From Myxococcota bacterium (GTDB lineage Bacteria > Myxococcota > JACRCW01), in contig JBFMGU010000252.1 in the NCBI GenBank assembly GCA_040752415.1, positions 1-15,585 of the forward strand: 15,585 bases of DNA, read 5' to 3'. Below, in pieces: positions 1 through 7,376 of this stretch (position 1 is the first letter of the stretch; each line of letters begins with the position of its first letter). The notes under the pieces were generated by a model. The model saw nothing but the letters and a program-made list of their open reading frames with translations, was not told the DNA's origin and searched no databases. Both the position numbers and the translations under genes were made by a program.

Positions 1-680
1 TACGTCAGCACCGCGCGCTGGAGGGACTTCGGGTTGACCGGGACGGTAAACGTCAGCGTCCCGCAGGTCGCGGGTCCATTGTCCTGATCACCACTTCCCC
101 CCGGCACCAGCTCGACGTGGTCGGGCTCCGCGCGCACCAGGACTGCCGCCGGGTCCGTCGCATTCACCGCGCCCGGCAACCGCGCCTGGGCAATCCACCC
201 CAGCGACGTCGCCGCGGCAAACACGTCCACCTCGGACAGCGTTGCGCTCTCTCCTTCCGGCTCCACCTCGAGTCGGACGCGCGCCGCCAGGTTCTGCTCC
301 GCGACGATCCCCACGCGGGTCCACATTCCCGCCGCCGCGCTCACCGGCTCCAACTTGGCAAGCTCGTTGCCCTCGGCGTTTTCCAGGTACGCGGTCACCG
401 TCGCGGCGTCGGCAGCAAACACCTTGACCACGCGCACGTCCATGGGCCGGACCAGCTCCACGCGCAGCGTCCCATGCCCGCGGATGTTGCTGCCCGTGGT
501 GGTGTCCCGGTCATTGAGCTCGGGGGCGTTCGTGGCGTCCGACCACTGGAGCCCTTGCAGGAGCGCACGGGCCAATCCGGCGGGAGGAGGGGTCGCTCCC
601 TGGGTGGGCACTTCCTTCTGGCAGGCCACGCCAGCCACCAGGGTGCTCAACGCGAGAAGATGACGAACTTGCAGACGCAT
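1..680 (-). CDS. Secreted lipoprotein, N-terminal part (runs off the left edge); beta-sandwich/discoidin-like first domain
   Basis: Not in the ORF track because it has no stop in the window. Read by hand from ATG at 680: MRLQVRHLLALSTLVAGVAC-QKEVPT...ELNDRDTTTG...ATLSEVDVF...QRAVLT, open to base 1. Lipobox-like GVAC after a hydrophobic stretch, GAGAG 5 nt upstream, GC-rich third positions. Confidence 0.8.
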   Translation of the reverse strand, partial: MRLQVRHLLALSTLVAGVACQKEVPTQGATPPPAGLARALLQGLQWSDATNAPELNDRDTTTGSNIRGHGTLRVELVRPMDVRVVKVFAADAATVTAYLENAEGNELAKLEPVSAAAGMWTRVGIVAEQNLAARVRLEVEPEGESATLSEVDVFAAATSLGWIAQARLPGAVNATDPAAVLVRAEPDHVELVPGGSGDQDNGPATCGTLTFTVPVNPKSLQRAVLT

Positions 681-1337
681 GCGTGCTCTCGACTCGGCTC
701 GTACAACAAATGAACTGACACTGCGCTCAGAACATCAACCACTCACAACCATCCACGCTCGACCACATCCTCACCGACCATCCCTGGTTTTCCGACGGAA
801 GCCGTCAAGGAGTGCGTCGGACCTCGTGCGAACTCATCATCAAGTGTCTGCGTGGAGGAAGCCACTGGTCGCCACAACGCGGTATCACAGGCTTCACTTT
901 CGCCAACTGGTACGCCAGGTGGATCACGCAGTTCAAGCAAATTCTTCCGGCATCGGCTCGCTTCGGGCCGGCTGCACGACGCCAACCTCCTCGGCAGCTG
1001 GTCGGCATGCGCCGTAACCTCCCGCCGTATTTCGTGTTTGCTTCCGCGCCAGCCGTCGAAGGTCTCACGAACGACCACCGCGATATGCAGTGCGGTGTTG
1101 CAGATCCGCCTCGCGTGGGTCGTTCACAACACGGGCGCAACCAGGTTTGCGTTGACACGCAGATCGCCGCGTCCCACGGGCCTGGGAGTGGGTGGATTGT
1201 CGCTCGCCAGTCACGTCCTGGCCTCACGTTCTTGTGTCGGGACACCACCATCTCCAGATCCATATTCATACCCTTCGCCGTGTGTTCGCGTTTCCAATCG
1301 CGGTCAGCTCACCATGGTTGACCAGATTCAAACCTCA

Positions 1338-1800
1338 GCTCCCTGAACGGGCCGCTCATCGACGCACAGGCAGACCTTGAATCCGTTAGACTGGCTCCTG
1401 ACAGCGGTTTCCGACTTTGCTTCACTGACAGTCTCTTTCTCCGACGTGGTGCCGCGTGCTCGCCCTCCGCGCGAAGGCTCATTGTTGTGAATTGGGCGAA
1501 ATGCCTGAGTTCCTGCATCACACAAACCAGCGCCATTGGTATTCACAGAACGCCCGGGAATTGGTTTTCAGTGTCCTCACACTTTGCTCACCGCTCGATA
1601 GGCCCCTGTTCGACGGACGCGCCAGCGGGAGAACGCTCCACAAATGGATTCTTGGACGCTGCAGCAGTCGCGGAACTCCGAAAACGACCTTCAGACGCGG
1701 TCGTGACCATCACAGAACCTGCCAAATCGGGTTCTGAACCGTTCGGGCCACTTGCCGAAGTTGCCAAGAATGGGTTTTCAGCGTTTTTGCCAATTGCATT
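1338..1800. repeat. Degenerate DNA array with ~42-bp period
   Basis: Units start with GAA at 1631, 1673, 1715 and 1757 (exactly 42 apart), at 1379 (8x42 from 1715) and at 1548 (1 nt off). gaattggttttcagtgt (1558) matches gaatgggttttcagcgt (1768) at 15/17, 210 bp = 5x42 apart. ggccgctcatcgacgcac (~1350) resembles ggcccctgttcgacggac (~1601). Confidence 0.5.
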
Positions 1801-2439
1801 TCCGCCGGACTTCGCCCGTCCGCGCCTTCGACGCGCGCGCCCCCATGCAGTCTGCGCATCGGTTCCTTTCACGTTGGCGGCGATCCACGCATCCAGCCCG
1901 TGTTCATCCCAAAGGCGCACCGAGTCCGGCCGAAGCTCCCGAAGCTGCCTTGCGGCGTCCCTGGCGCTGTGGTTGGTGGCGTCCAGCGTCGTCTGCGCTG
2001 CGTCGTGGTCACGGAGGACGCAGTCAATGTCCGCCGGGCCCAGGTCCGTCGGCCAGGTGAACGCCGGGTGTGCGATCTCGGGAATCTCATGACGAACGTG
2101 TGCCAACCGGGCCTGGTCTTCCGCGGGGTCCGCGCCGAGCTTCAGGGGCCCAAGCCGGTCGAGAAGGTCCGGGTGCGGCGCATAGAAGAACCGGATTCCA
2201 GATTGGACCCGGGACAGCACGTCGCGCGTGTGTCGGAAGGCGCACTCAACCTGCGCCACCATTTCCTTCCGCGCCTGGTCATCTTCAGCGACCGCGATGA
2301 GCGAAATGAGCCGTTCCGCCAGCGTTACCAGCCGCTCCCGGAGCTCCGACTGCATGAACCTGCCGAGCTCCGGGTTGCCTTTCAGGGCGACGTAAGCGGC
2401 TATCGTCCGCCGGTGAACCTCATTCGCTGCGACCGCCAT
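1588..2439 (-). CDS. Hypothetical alpha-helical protein (283 aa) with a basic RARRRRGR patch and low-complexity periodic tail
   Basis: Internal ATG at 2439 of the 370-aa ORF, with AGGAGG 5 nt upstream. Amphipathic helical sequence (MAVAANEVHRR...LRERLVTLAERLISLIAVAE). No family recognised. Confidence 0.75.
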   Translation of the reverse strand: MAVAANEVHRRTIAAYVALKGNPELGRFMQSELRERLVTLAERLISLIAVAEDDQARKEMVAQVECAFRHTRDVLSRVQSGIRFFYAPHPDLLDRLGPLKLGADPAEDQARLAHVRHEIPEIAHPAFTWPTDLGPADIDCVLRDHDAAQTTLDATNHSARDAARQLRELRPDSVRLWDEHGLDAWIAANVKGTDAQTAWGRARRRRGRAKSGGNAIGKNAENPFLATSASGPNGSEPDLAGSVMVTTASEGRFRSSATAAASKNPFVERSPAGASVEQGPIER

Positions 2440-2515
2440 TGCGTCCTCCTGACGTCGTAGACGTCGTCCCGGTGACGGCCGGCCCCCTCCGGCTCGCGTG
2501 CACTCGACACCCAAG

Positions 2516-2532
2516 TGCACCCCGCGTTCCAA
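2516..2532 (-). promoter_or_regulatory. sigma54 (-24/-12) promoter for the 283-aa gene
   Basis: Minus strand reads TTGGAACG-CGGG-GTGCA: exact GG-N10-GC spacing, close to consensus TGGCACG-N4-TTGCW, about 77 nt upstream of the ATG at 2439. Confidence 0.6.
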
Positions 2533-2681
2533 CCGTTCGCCGAAAGGGCGCGAAGCACCGATCCCGGCCGCGTCGCGCGCGAGGGATTCGACACGAGTGA
2601 CGTCGTGGCAGCGGTACATCTGCGACCCGGGAACGCCCGACGGGTCCTGCCGGGATTCTCGCGCCCACCTACATCTGCCTA

Positions 2682-2720
2682 CTGTCCGGAATTCAGACAC
2701 CCTGTCGCGTTTTCAGACAG
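2682..2720. promoter_or_regulatory. Tandem palindromic operator / enhancer-like sites (CTGTC-N9-GACAS x2)
   Basis: ctgtc-cggaattca-gacac (2682-2700) and ctgtc-gcgttttca-gacag (2702-2720), 20 bp apart, about 150-190 bp upstream of the sigma54 motif. Confidence 0.5.
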
Positions 2721-2897
2721 GTCCGGCGACCTGAGGCGCGCGTGCATCAGTGCTGCGGCCGCACCTCACGAAAGCCGACGAAGGAACACGATGCCCTCGG
2801 CCGGAGCCCTTCCCCAAGCGGGCAGACCGCCGCTGTCCACGTATCGGCAAGGGGCTGCGTCTGACCCATTTGGGTATGGCGTAGTGACCGCCTCAAG

Positions 2898-3091
2898 GGG
2901 CCACGACCTGGAGCGCGGCGAGCCCGCGTCGCCCTGACCAGCGCCGAGCGCGTTCCCAACGGGCGAACAGCCCGAGGCTCATTGACGTCAGGCGACACAC
3001 TGACCCATGGAGCGTGGGCCCTTGACGGTTGGCCGAACCGCTCGACGCCGACCAGGGCGGCGAGGGCCCGCCGCACTCCAGGTCGTGGCCC
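2898..3091. repeat. Inverted-repeat doublet 1 (REP/REPIN-like; GGAG followed by a GCGGCG-N6-CGYCGC hairpin)
   Basis: Arms 2898-2950 and 3039-3091 (53 bp, 45/53 complementary), 88-bp spacer. Each arm carries GGAG followed by a short palindrome. Confidence 0.85.
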
Positions 3092-3161
3092 GCGGACGCG
3101 GTCAGGATCCGAGTGGGCAACTTGTCCGACGCACCCCGTAAACCGAGCTGGTCATTCCGTG

Positions 3162-3201
3162 AAAACAAAACCGGCGCCTCCGATCCCTTGGAGTGCGCCG
3201 G
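3162..3201 (-). terminator. Intrinsic terminator of ugd
   Basis: Minus strand CCGGCGC-a-CTCC-aagggatc-GGAG-GCGCCGG followed by TTTTGTTTT, 25 nt after the ugd stop. Confidence 0.7.
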
Positions 3202-3226
3202 CCATCTTTGGTCGTGAACCTTCGCG

Positions 3227-4531
3227 TCAGACCCTGCGGCCCACGCCGTGATACGCGAACCCCATCGCCTTCATTCGCGCGGGGTCGAAGATGTTCCGAC
3301 CGTCAAACACCGTATGCGCCGCCATGGTGGGCTTGATGCGGTCCCAGTCGGGCTGACGGAACTCGCTCCACTCGGTGGCCAGCACCAGCGCGTGCGCACC
3401 GGCCACGGCGTCATAGGGGTCCTTCGCGTAGTGGATGGTGTCCTTCAGCTTGCCGCGCGCGTTGTCCATGGCCACCGGGTCATACGCCCGCACCTTGAGC
3501 CCCGCCGAGAGGAACCCCTCGATGAGCGTGACGGCGGGCGCCTCGCGCATGTCGTCGGTGCGCGGCTTGAAGGACAGTCCCCACACCGCCACCGTCTTGC
3601 CCGCGGTGTTCCCGCCAAAGTGCCCCAGCACGCGCTCCAACATCCGACCCCGCTGCCGCTGGTTCACGTCGTCGACCGCCTCGAGGATGCTGAGGCTCTG
3701 CCCGTGCTCACGCGCGGTGTGCATGAGCGCCTTCACGTCCTTGGGGAAGCAGCTGCCGCCGTAACCCAGGCCCGGGTAGAGGAAGGCGCTGCCAATGCGT
3801 GCGTCGGAGCCCACGCCCTTGCGAACCAGCTCCACGTCGGCGCCGACCCGTTCACAGAGGTTGGCCACCTCGTTGATGAAGCTGATCTTCGTGGCGAGCA
3901 GCGCGTTGGCGGCGTACTTGGTCATCTCCGCGCTGCGCACGTCCATGAACAGCACCTTGTGCTCACGGATGATGAACGGGCTGTAGAGGTCCTCCAGCAC
4001 GCGACGGGCGCGCTCCTCGTCGGTGCCCACGACGATGCGGTCCGGCTTGAGGAAGTCATTGACCGCGTCGCCTTCCTTGAGGAACTCGGGGTTGCTGGCC
4101 ACGGCGAAGGGCACCTTGGCGGCTTCCTGCAGGCGGGCACGGACCTTGTCGGCGGTGCCCACGGGGACGGTGCTCTTGGTGACCACCACCGCGTAGTCCT
4201 TCAGGTTGCGACCCACCTCGGTGGCGGCGTTGAGGACCTGGGAGAGGTCGGCGCTGCCGTCGGGGAGGCTGGGGGTGCCGACGGCCAGGAAGACCACCTG
4301 TGCGTCGCTCACGCCCTCGGCGATGGAGGTGGTGAACTTGAGACGCGCGCCCTGGATGTTGCGCTGCACCAGGTCCAGCAGGCCCGGCTCATAGAAGGGG
4401 ATCTTCCCCTCGAGCAGCGTCTTGATCTTGTTGGCGTCCAGGTCGATGCAGGTGACGGTGTTGCCGGTCTCGGCGAGTCCCGCGCCCGTGACCAGGCCCA
4501 CGTATCCCGTTCCAATGATGGCAATGCGCAT
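3227..4531 (-). CDS. ugd: UDP-glucose 6-dehydrogenase
   Basis: N-terminal Rossmann GTGYVG, KSTVPVGT, NPEFLKEG, AEMTKYAAN, catalytic GYGGSCFPKD, FKPRTDDMRE, FDGRN; AAGGAG RBS. Confidence 0.96.
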   Translation of the reverse strand: MRIAIIGTGYVGLVTGAGLAETGNTVTCIDLDANKIKTLLEGKIPFYEPGLLDLVQRNIQGARLKFTTSIAEGVSDAQVVFLAVGTPSLPDGSADLSQVLNAATEVGRNLKDYAVVVTKSTVPVGTADKVRARLQEAAKVPFAVASNPEFLKEGDAVNDFLKPDRIVVGTDEERARRVLEDLYSPFIIREHKVLFMDVRSAEMTKYAANALLATKISFINEVANLCERVGADVELVRKGVGSDARIGSAFLYPGLGYGGSCFPKDVKALMHTAREHGQSLSILEAVDDVNQRQRGRMLERVLGHFGGNTAGKTVAVWGLSFKPRTDDMREAPAVTLIEGFLSAGLKVRAYDPVAMDNARGKLKDTIHYAKDPYDAVAGAHALVLATEWSEFRQPDWDRIKPTMAAHTVFDGRNIFDPARMKAMGFAYHGVGRRV

Positions 4532-4660
4532 GCGGCGCTCCTTCAGTGTGCAGGCGCTCTACCAGAGTGCGCCCCAGCCTTGAAGCGTCCTCTGCGTGTC
4601 TCGCCGCCACGCCGCCGTTCAAAACCACGCTTGTTCTGGGCGATGCGCCGCGCTGGTCAT

Positions 4661-4690
4661 GTCGCGGTTGTGACGGTCGCGGTTGTGACG
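4661..4690. repeat. Perfect 15-bp tandem duplication
   Basis: gtcgcggttgtgacg at 4661-4675 and again at 4676-4690. Confidence 0.8.
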
Positions 4691-4717
4691 GGGTGAATGC
4701 TGCGTTTCTTTGAGACG

Positions 4718-4977
4718 GCCGACGCTGCACCTGGGACGTCACCAAGCCCTGCCCTCGCGGGCCAACTTCACGCCGACAACGTCGGCAGGGCTCCACCTTG
4801 GTGGGGTAGGAGACCGGGGCTTGGGCAGGGTTGGGTGACGACGGGACCACAGCCTGACGCCGCTTTGTCCCGGACCAGGCTCCCTACCGCCACCAAGGTT
4901 GAGCCCTGCCGACGTGAAAAGCGGAACAGGTGGCCTGCGAGGGCAGGGCTTGGTGCCTTTCCAGGTGCAGCCTCGGC
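4718..4977. repeat. Inverted-repeat doublet 2 with nested hairpins
   Basis: Arms ~4718-4810 and ~4882-4977 are imperfect reverse complements (shared blocks gctgcacctgg, caccaagccctgccctcgcRggcca, acgtcggcagggctcMaccttggtgg). Each arm folds internally via AGCCCTGCC...GGCAGGGCT and CACCAAG...CTTGGTG. Confidence 0.85.
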
Positions 4978-5027
4978 TGCCGCCAACCAAGCGACCCCCC
5001 ACGAAGAAGTCGCTCGTCGCCAGCCCC

Positions 5028-5375
5028 TCACTTCTCCTGCTGGTACAGGAACTGCTCGCGCTTGTTCACCAGCTTCCCCTCGCGGGTGAAGTCGAACATG
5101 CGGAAGCCGCCGCGCTGGCCGAACACGTCGCCGGAGTGGAACTCATAGACCCAGCTCATGCCCCCGGCGGGTCCGGGCTGCACCTTTCCTGGCTTGCCCT
5201 CCTGTCGCATCAGGGTTCGCTGGTCGGGGCAGAGGCGGTTGAGGAGCACCACGTTGGGGTCCAGCATCCCGCAGTCCTTGTCCCCGGGGCTGGGATTATC
5301 CAGGGTGGGCGGAGGCGGGCACGCCGTCAGCGCCAACGACAACACAAGCAACGCAGCGACCTTCGGAGCAGTCAT
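5028..5375 (-). CDS. Small lipoprotein (115 aa), SmpA/BamE-like pattern
   Basis: C-terminal end of the spurious 1130-aa ORF. ATG at 5375, signal peptide with lipobox LTAC, then LMRQEGKP...SWVYEF...FDFTREGKLV, which resembles the helix-GxP / WxY / FxF-xxG-L pattern of SmpA_OmlA proteins. Confidence 0.75.
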   Translation of the reverse strand: MTAPKVAALLVLSLALTACPPPPTLDNPSPGDKDCGMLDPNVVLLNRLCPDQRTLMRQEGKPGKVQPGPAGGMSWVYEFHSGDVFGQRGGFRMFDFTREGKLVNKREQFLYQQEK

Positions 5376-5385
5376 GGCGGGCGCC

Positions 5386-5450
5386 ACCCTAGCAGCGAGC
5401 GCCCGGCGGGGCATCGGTCCCTTGATTGCGCCGGCAACCGTCTCTAAACC
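5386..5450. promoter_or_regulatory. Divergent promoters, probably giving leaderless or near-leaderless mRNAs
   Basis: Minus strand: TGC-TAGGGT (5394-5386), 10 nt before ATG 5375. Plus strand: TTGATT(5422)-N17-TAAACC(5445-5450), 6 nt before GTG 5457. Neither start has a Shine-Dalgarno. Confidence 0.35.
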
Positions 5451-5456
5451 GCGCCC

Positions 5457-7373
5457 GTGAACGCAAATCCTTCCTCCTGGCGGTCGGACCTGGACCGGCT
5501 CATCGCCGCCCCCGCCCTCAGCGCCGCGCAGGCGCGTTATCTCCTCGAGAACCTGGGCGTCCCGCGGCCGGAAATCCTGAACGCGCTGCTGGACGCGCTG
5601 CAGAGTGACGACGCCTCGCGCGCCGAAGGAGCCACGTTCCTCCTCTCCGCCGCCACCACCGGCGCGGACCGGGCGGTGATCCAGGAGTTTGTCGTCGGAA
5701 AGGCGCCCCTCACGGTGCGTGCGCTGGCCCGACAGCTCTACCAGCAGGGTCTGCTCACCGGCCGCCTCACCGACGAGGAAGCCGAGGTCACCCCCGCGCC
5801 CGCCGAGGCGCTGGACTTCCTCGTTGAGGACGTGGCGCGTGAGATCTCGCGGGTGGGCTCCCCCTGGCAGCGCGCACGCTTCGCCGCCGAGGCGCTGGTG
5901 GGTGACGCCCCGCTTTCCGACGACGCCGCGCCCGCCGCCGTGGCCGCGCTGTCCCGTCGCCTGGACGTCGACGCGCCGCGGGTCTGGGCCGAGCTGCTCA
6001 TCCATCCCCTCACCCGCCCCTCCTTCCGTGCCGCCGCCGCGGAGGCCCTCAAGACGCCCTCGCACGAGGCTGCCACCCAGCTCGAGCTTGCGTCGGAGGC
6101 CCTGCTGCCCGGTGATCTCCTCGAACGCGCGCGTACCGAGGCGCCCCGCCACCGCACCGCCCCGGTCACCTGGCGTGCCCGCGTCAGCACCGCCAGTGGC
6201 ACCGGTCGCGTCGCGGTGCAGGTCTGGACCGACGGACCGCAGCCCACGGCCCTCGCCGCGCTCGTCGCGCTGGATGGGTCCACCGTGCAGTTCCGCGCGG
6301 AAACCGGCCGCGCCGCGGAGCAGGTGCTGGTGCTCGGGCAGCAGATGCTCCAGGCCACTCCGCCCGCGCGCGAGGTGCCCGTCCCATGGGCGCTCGGCCT
6401 CCTGACGTCGGTGGCCCCGGCGAAGGACCCCAAGGGCAAGAAGAAGCCCGGTCCGTGGGATGAGCTGCGTGCGTGGGTGGATCGGATTGCCACCGCGTCG
6501 TCGAGCGCGCCGCAGGCCCTGGCCCCGGTGCCTTCCGCCGGCGAGGTTCCCGCCGGTCTCGCCGAGCACCCGCTGCTCTCCGGGATGGAGGTCTCCGGTT
6601 CCGACCTGTCCAACGACGTCAAGCAGGCCATGGGCAAGGAGCTGCGCAAGAGCGGTCGCGTGCGGGAGGAGACCATCCAGGCCGCCGCCCGCGAGGTCAC
6701 CGGCAAGCGCGGCATCCTCGTGCGCATCTCCCGCGCTGTTGAGCACGCCGCCCGCCTGGCCGCCGCCACCGACGACAAGGACGCCCCCGCCCTCGCCTCG
6801 CTGGCCGCCGCGCTCCCCTCGGCCACCCCGCCCGCCACGGCGTTCGCCACCGCGATCACGCGTCGGGCCATCCTGGCCTCCACGCCCCCGCAAGAGCCCA
6901 TTGCGCCCTCCCGCGACCAGCTCCGTGAAGACGTGCTGCACGGCAACCGTCCGCCCACCGGCGTCGACGTGCTGGCGCTGGACCTCGCCGCGGCCGCGTT
7001 TGATTCGCTCGGCCACATCGAGCGCGGGCTCGAGGAGGTGTCCGTCGACCTGCTTGCCGAGATGTGCGCCGCCGCCGGCATGCTCGGGGCGCGCGCGCTG
7101 CTGCAGCCCGTGGAGGGCGTCTCCGAGGACAACGCGCTCGCCGACGCCGCGCGGGAGGCCATCAGGCAACACGGCGCCAAGCTGCCCAGCCGCGTGCGTC
7201 AGAGCCTGGTGGATGCGTGGGTGGCCGCGTTCAAGGAGCTGGTCACCAACGCGTGTCGCGGCACCTGCCAGCAGCGTTGTCTCGACGAGCCCACGCGGCA
7301 GAGGCCGCTGGCGGCGTACTCGTTGGATCATCCCCGTCACAATCGTCCGTGGCCGTCGCCACAAGGGAGCTGA
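5457..7373 (+). CDS. Hypothetical Ala-rich protein (638 aa): HEAT-like helical N-terminus, central beta region, C-terminal CxxxCxxxC...HP motif
   Basis: Long ORF with strong GC3 bias. Ends 3 nt before the selD ATG, in the same frame. All four Cys lie in the last ~100 aa. Start codon (GTG) uncertain. Confidence 0.8.
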   Translation: MNANPSSWRSDLDRLIAAPALSAAQARYLLENLGVPRPEILNALLDALQSDDASRAEGATFLLSAATTGADRAVIQEFVVGKAPLTVRALARQLYQQGLLTGRLTDEEAEVTPAPAEALDFLVEDVAREISRVGSPWQRARFAAEALVGDAPLSDDAAPAAVAALSRRLDVDAPRVWAELLIHPLTRPSFRAAAAEALKTPSHEAATQLELASEALLPGDLLERARTEAPRHRTAPVTWRARVSTASGTGRVAVQVWTDGPQPTALAALVALDGSTVQFRAETGRAAEQVLVLGQQMLQATPPAREVPVPWALGLLTSVAPAKDPKGKKKPGPWDELRAWVDRIATASSSAPQALAPVPSAGEVPAGLAEHPLLSGMEVSGSDLSNDVKQAMGKELRKSGRVREETIQAAAREVTGKRGILVRISRAVEHAARLAAATDDKDAPALASLAAALPSATPPATAFATAITRRAILASTPPQEPIAPSRDQLREDVLHGNRPPTGVDVLALDLAAAAFDSLGHIERGLEEVSVDLLAEMCAAAGMLGARALLQPVEGVSEDNALADAAREAIRQHGAKLPSRVRQSLVDAWVAAFKELVTNACRGTCQQRCLDEPTRQRPLAAYSLDHPRHNRPWPSPQGS

Positions 7374-7376
7374 GGC

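Noticed and set aside
743..1546. Short ORFs in the lower-GC region
   Set aside because: No codon bias, RBS or recognisable motifs, and they overlap each other on both strands.
1338..1800. CRISPR array
   Set aside because: No conserved repeat with unique spacers, the 42-bp period is too short, and there are no cas genes.
4552..4585. sigma70 promoter for ugd (TTCAAG-N17-TAGAGC on the minus strand)
   Set aside because: Both hexamers deviate at key positions; too weak to list.
3248..4696. 482-aa plus-strand ORF, and similar long ORFs at 9029-11404, 11480-12682 and 13560-14735
   Set aside because: Shadow frames opposite ugd, rimK/dsbA-like, tkt and the FG-GAP gene; no motifs or RBS.
7254..7280. 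Radical SAM motif in the 638-aa protein
   Set aside because: Spacing is CxxxCxxxC rather than CxxxCxxC, it is C-terminal, and no radical SAM barrel motifs follow.
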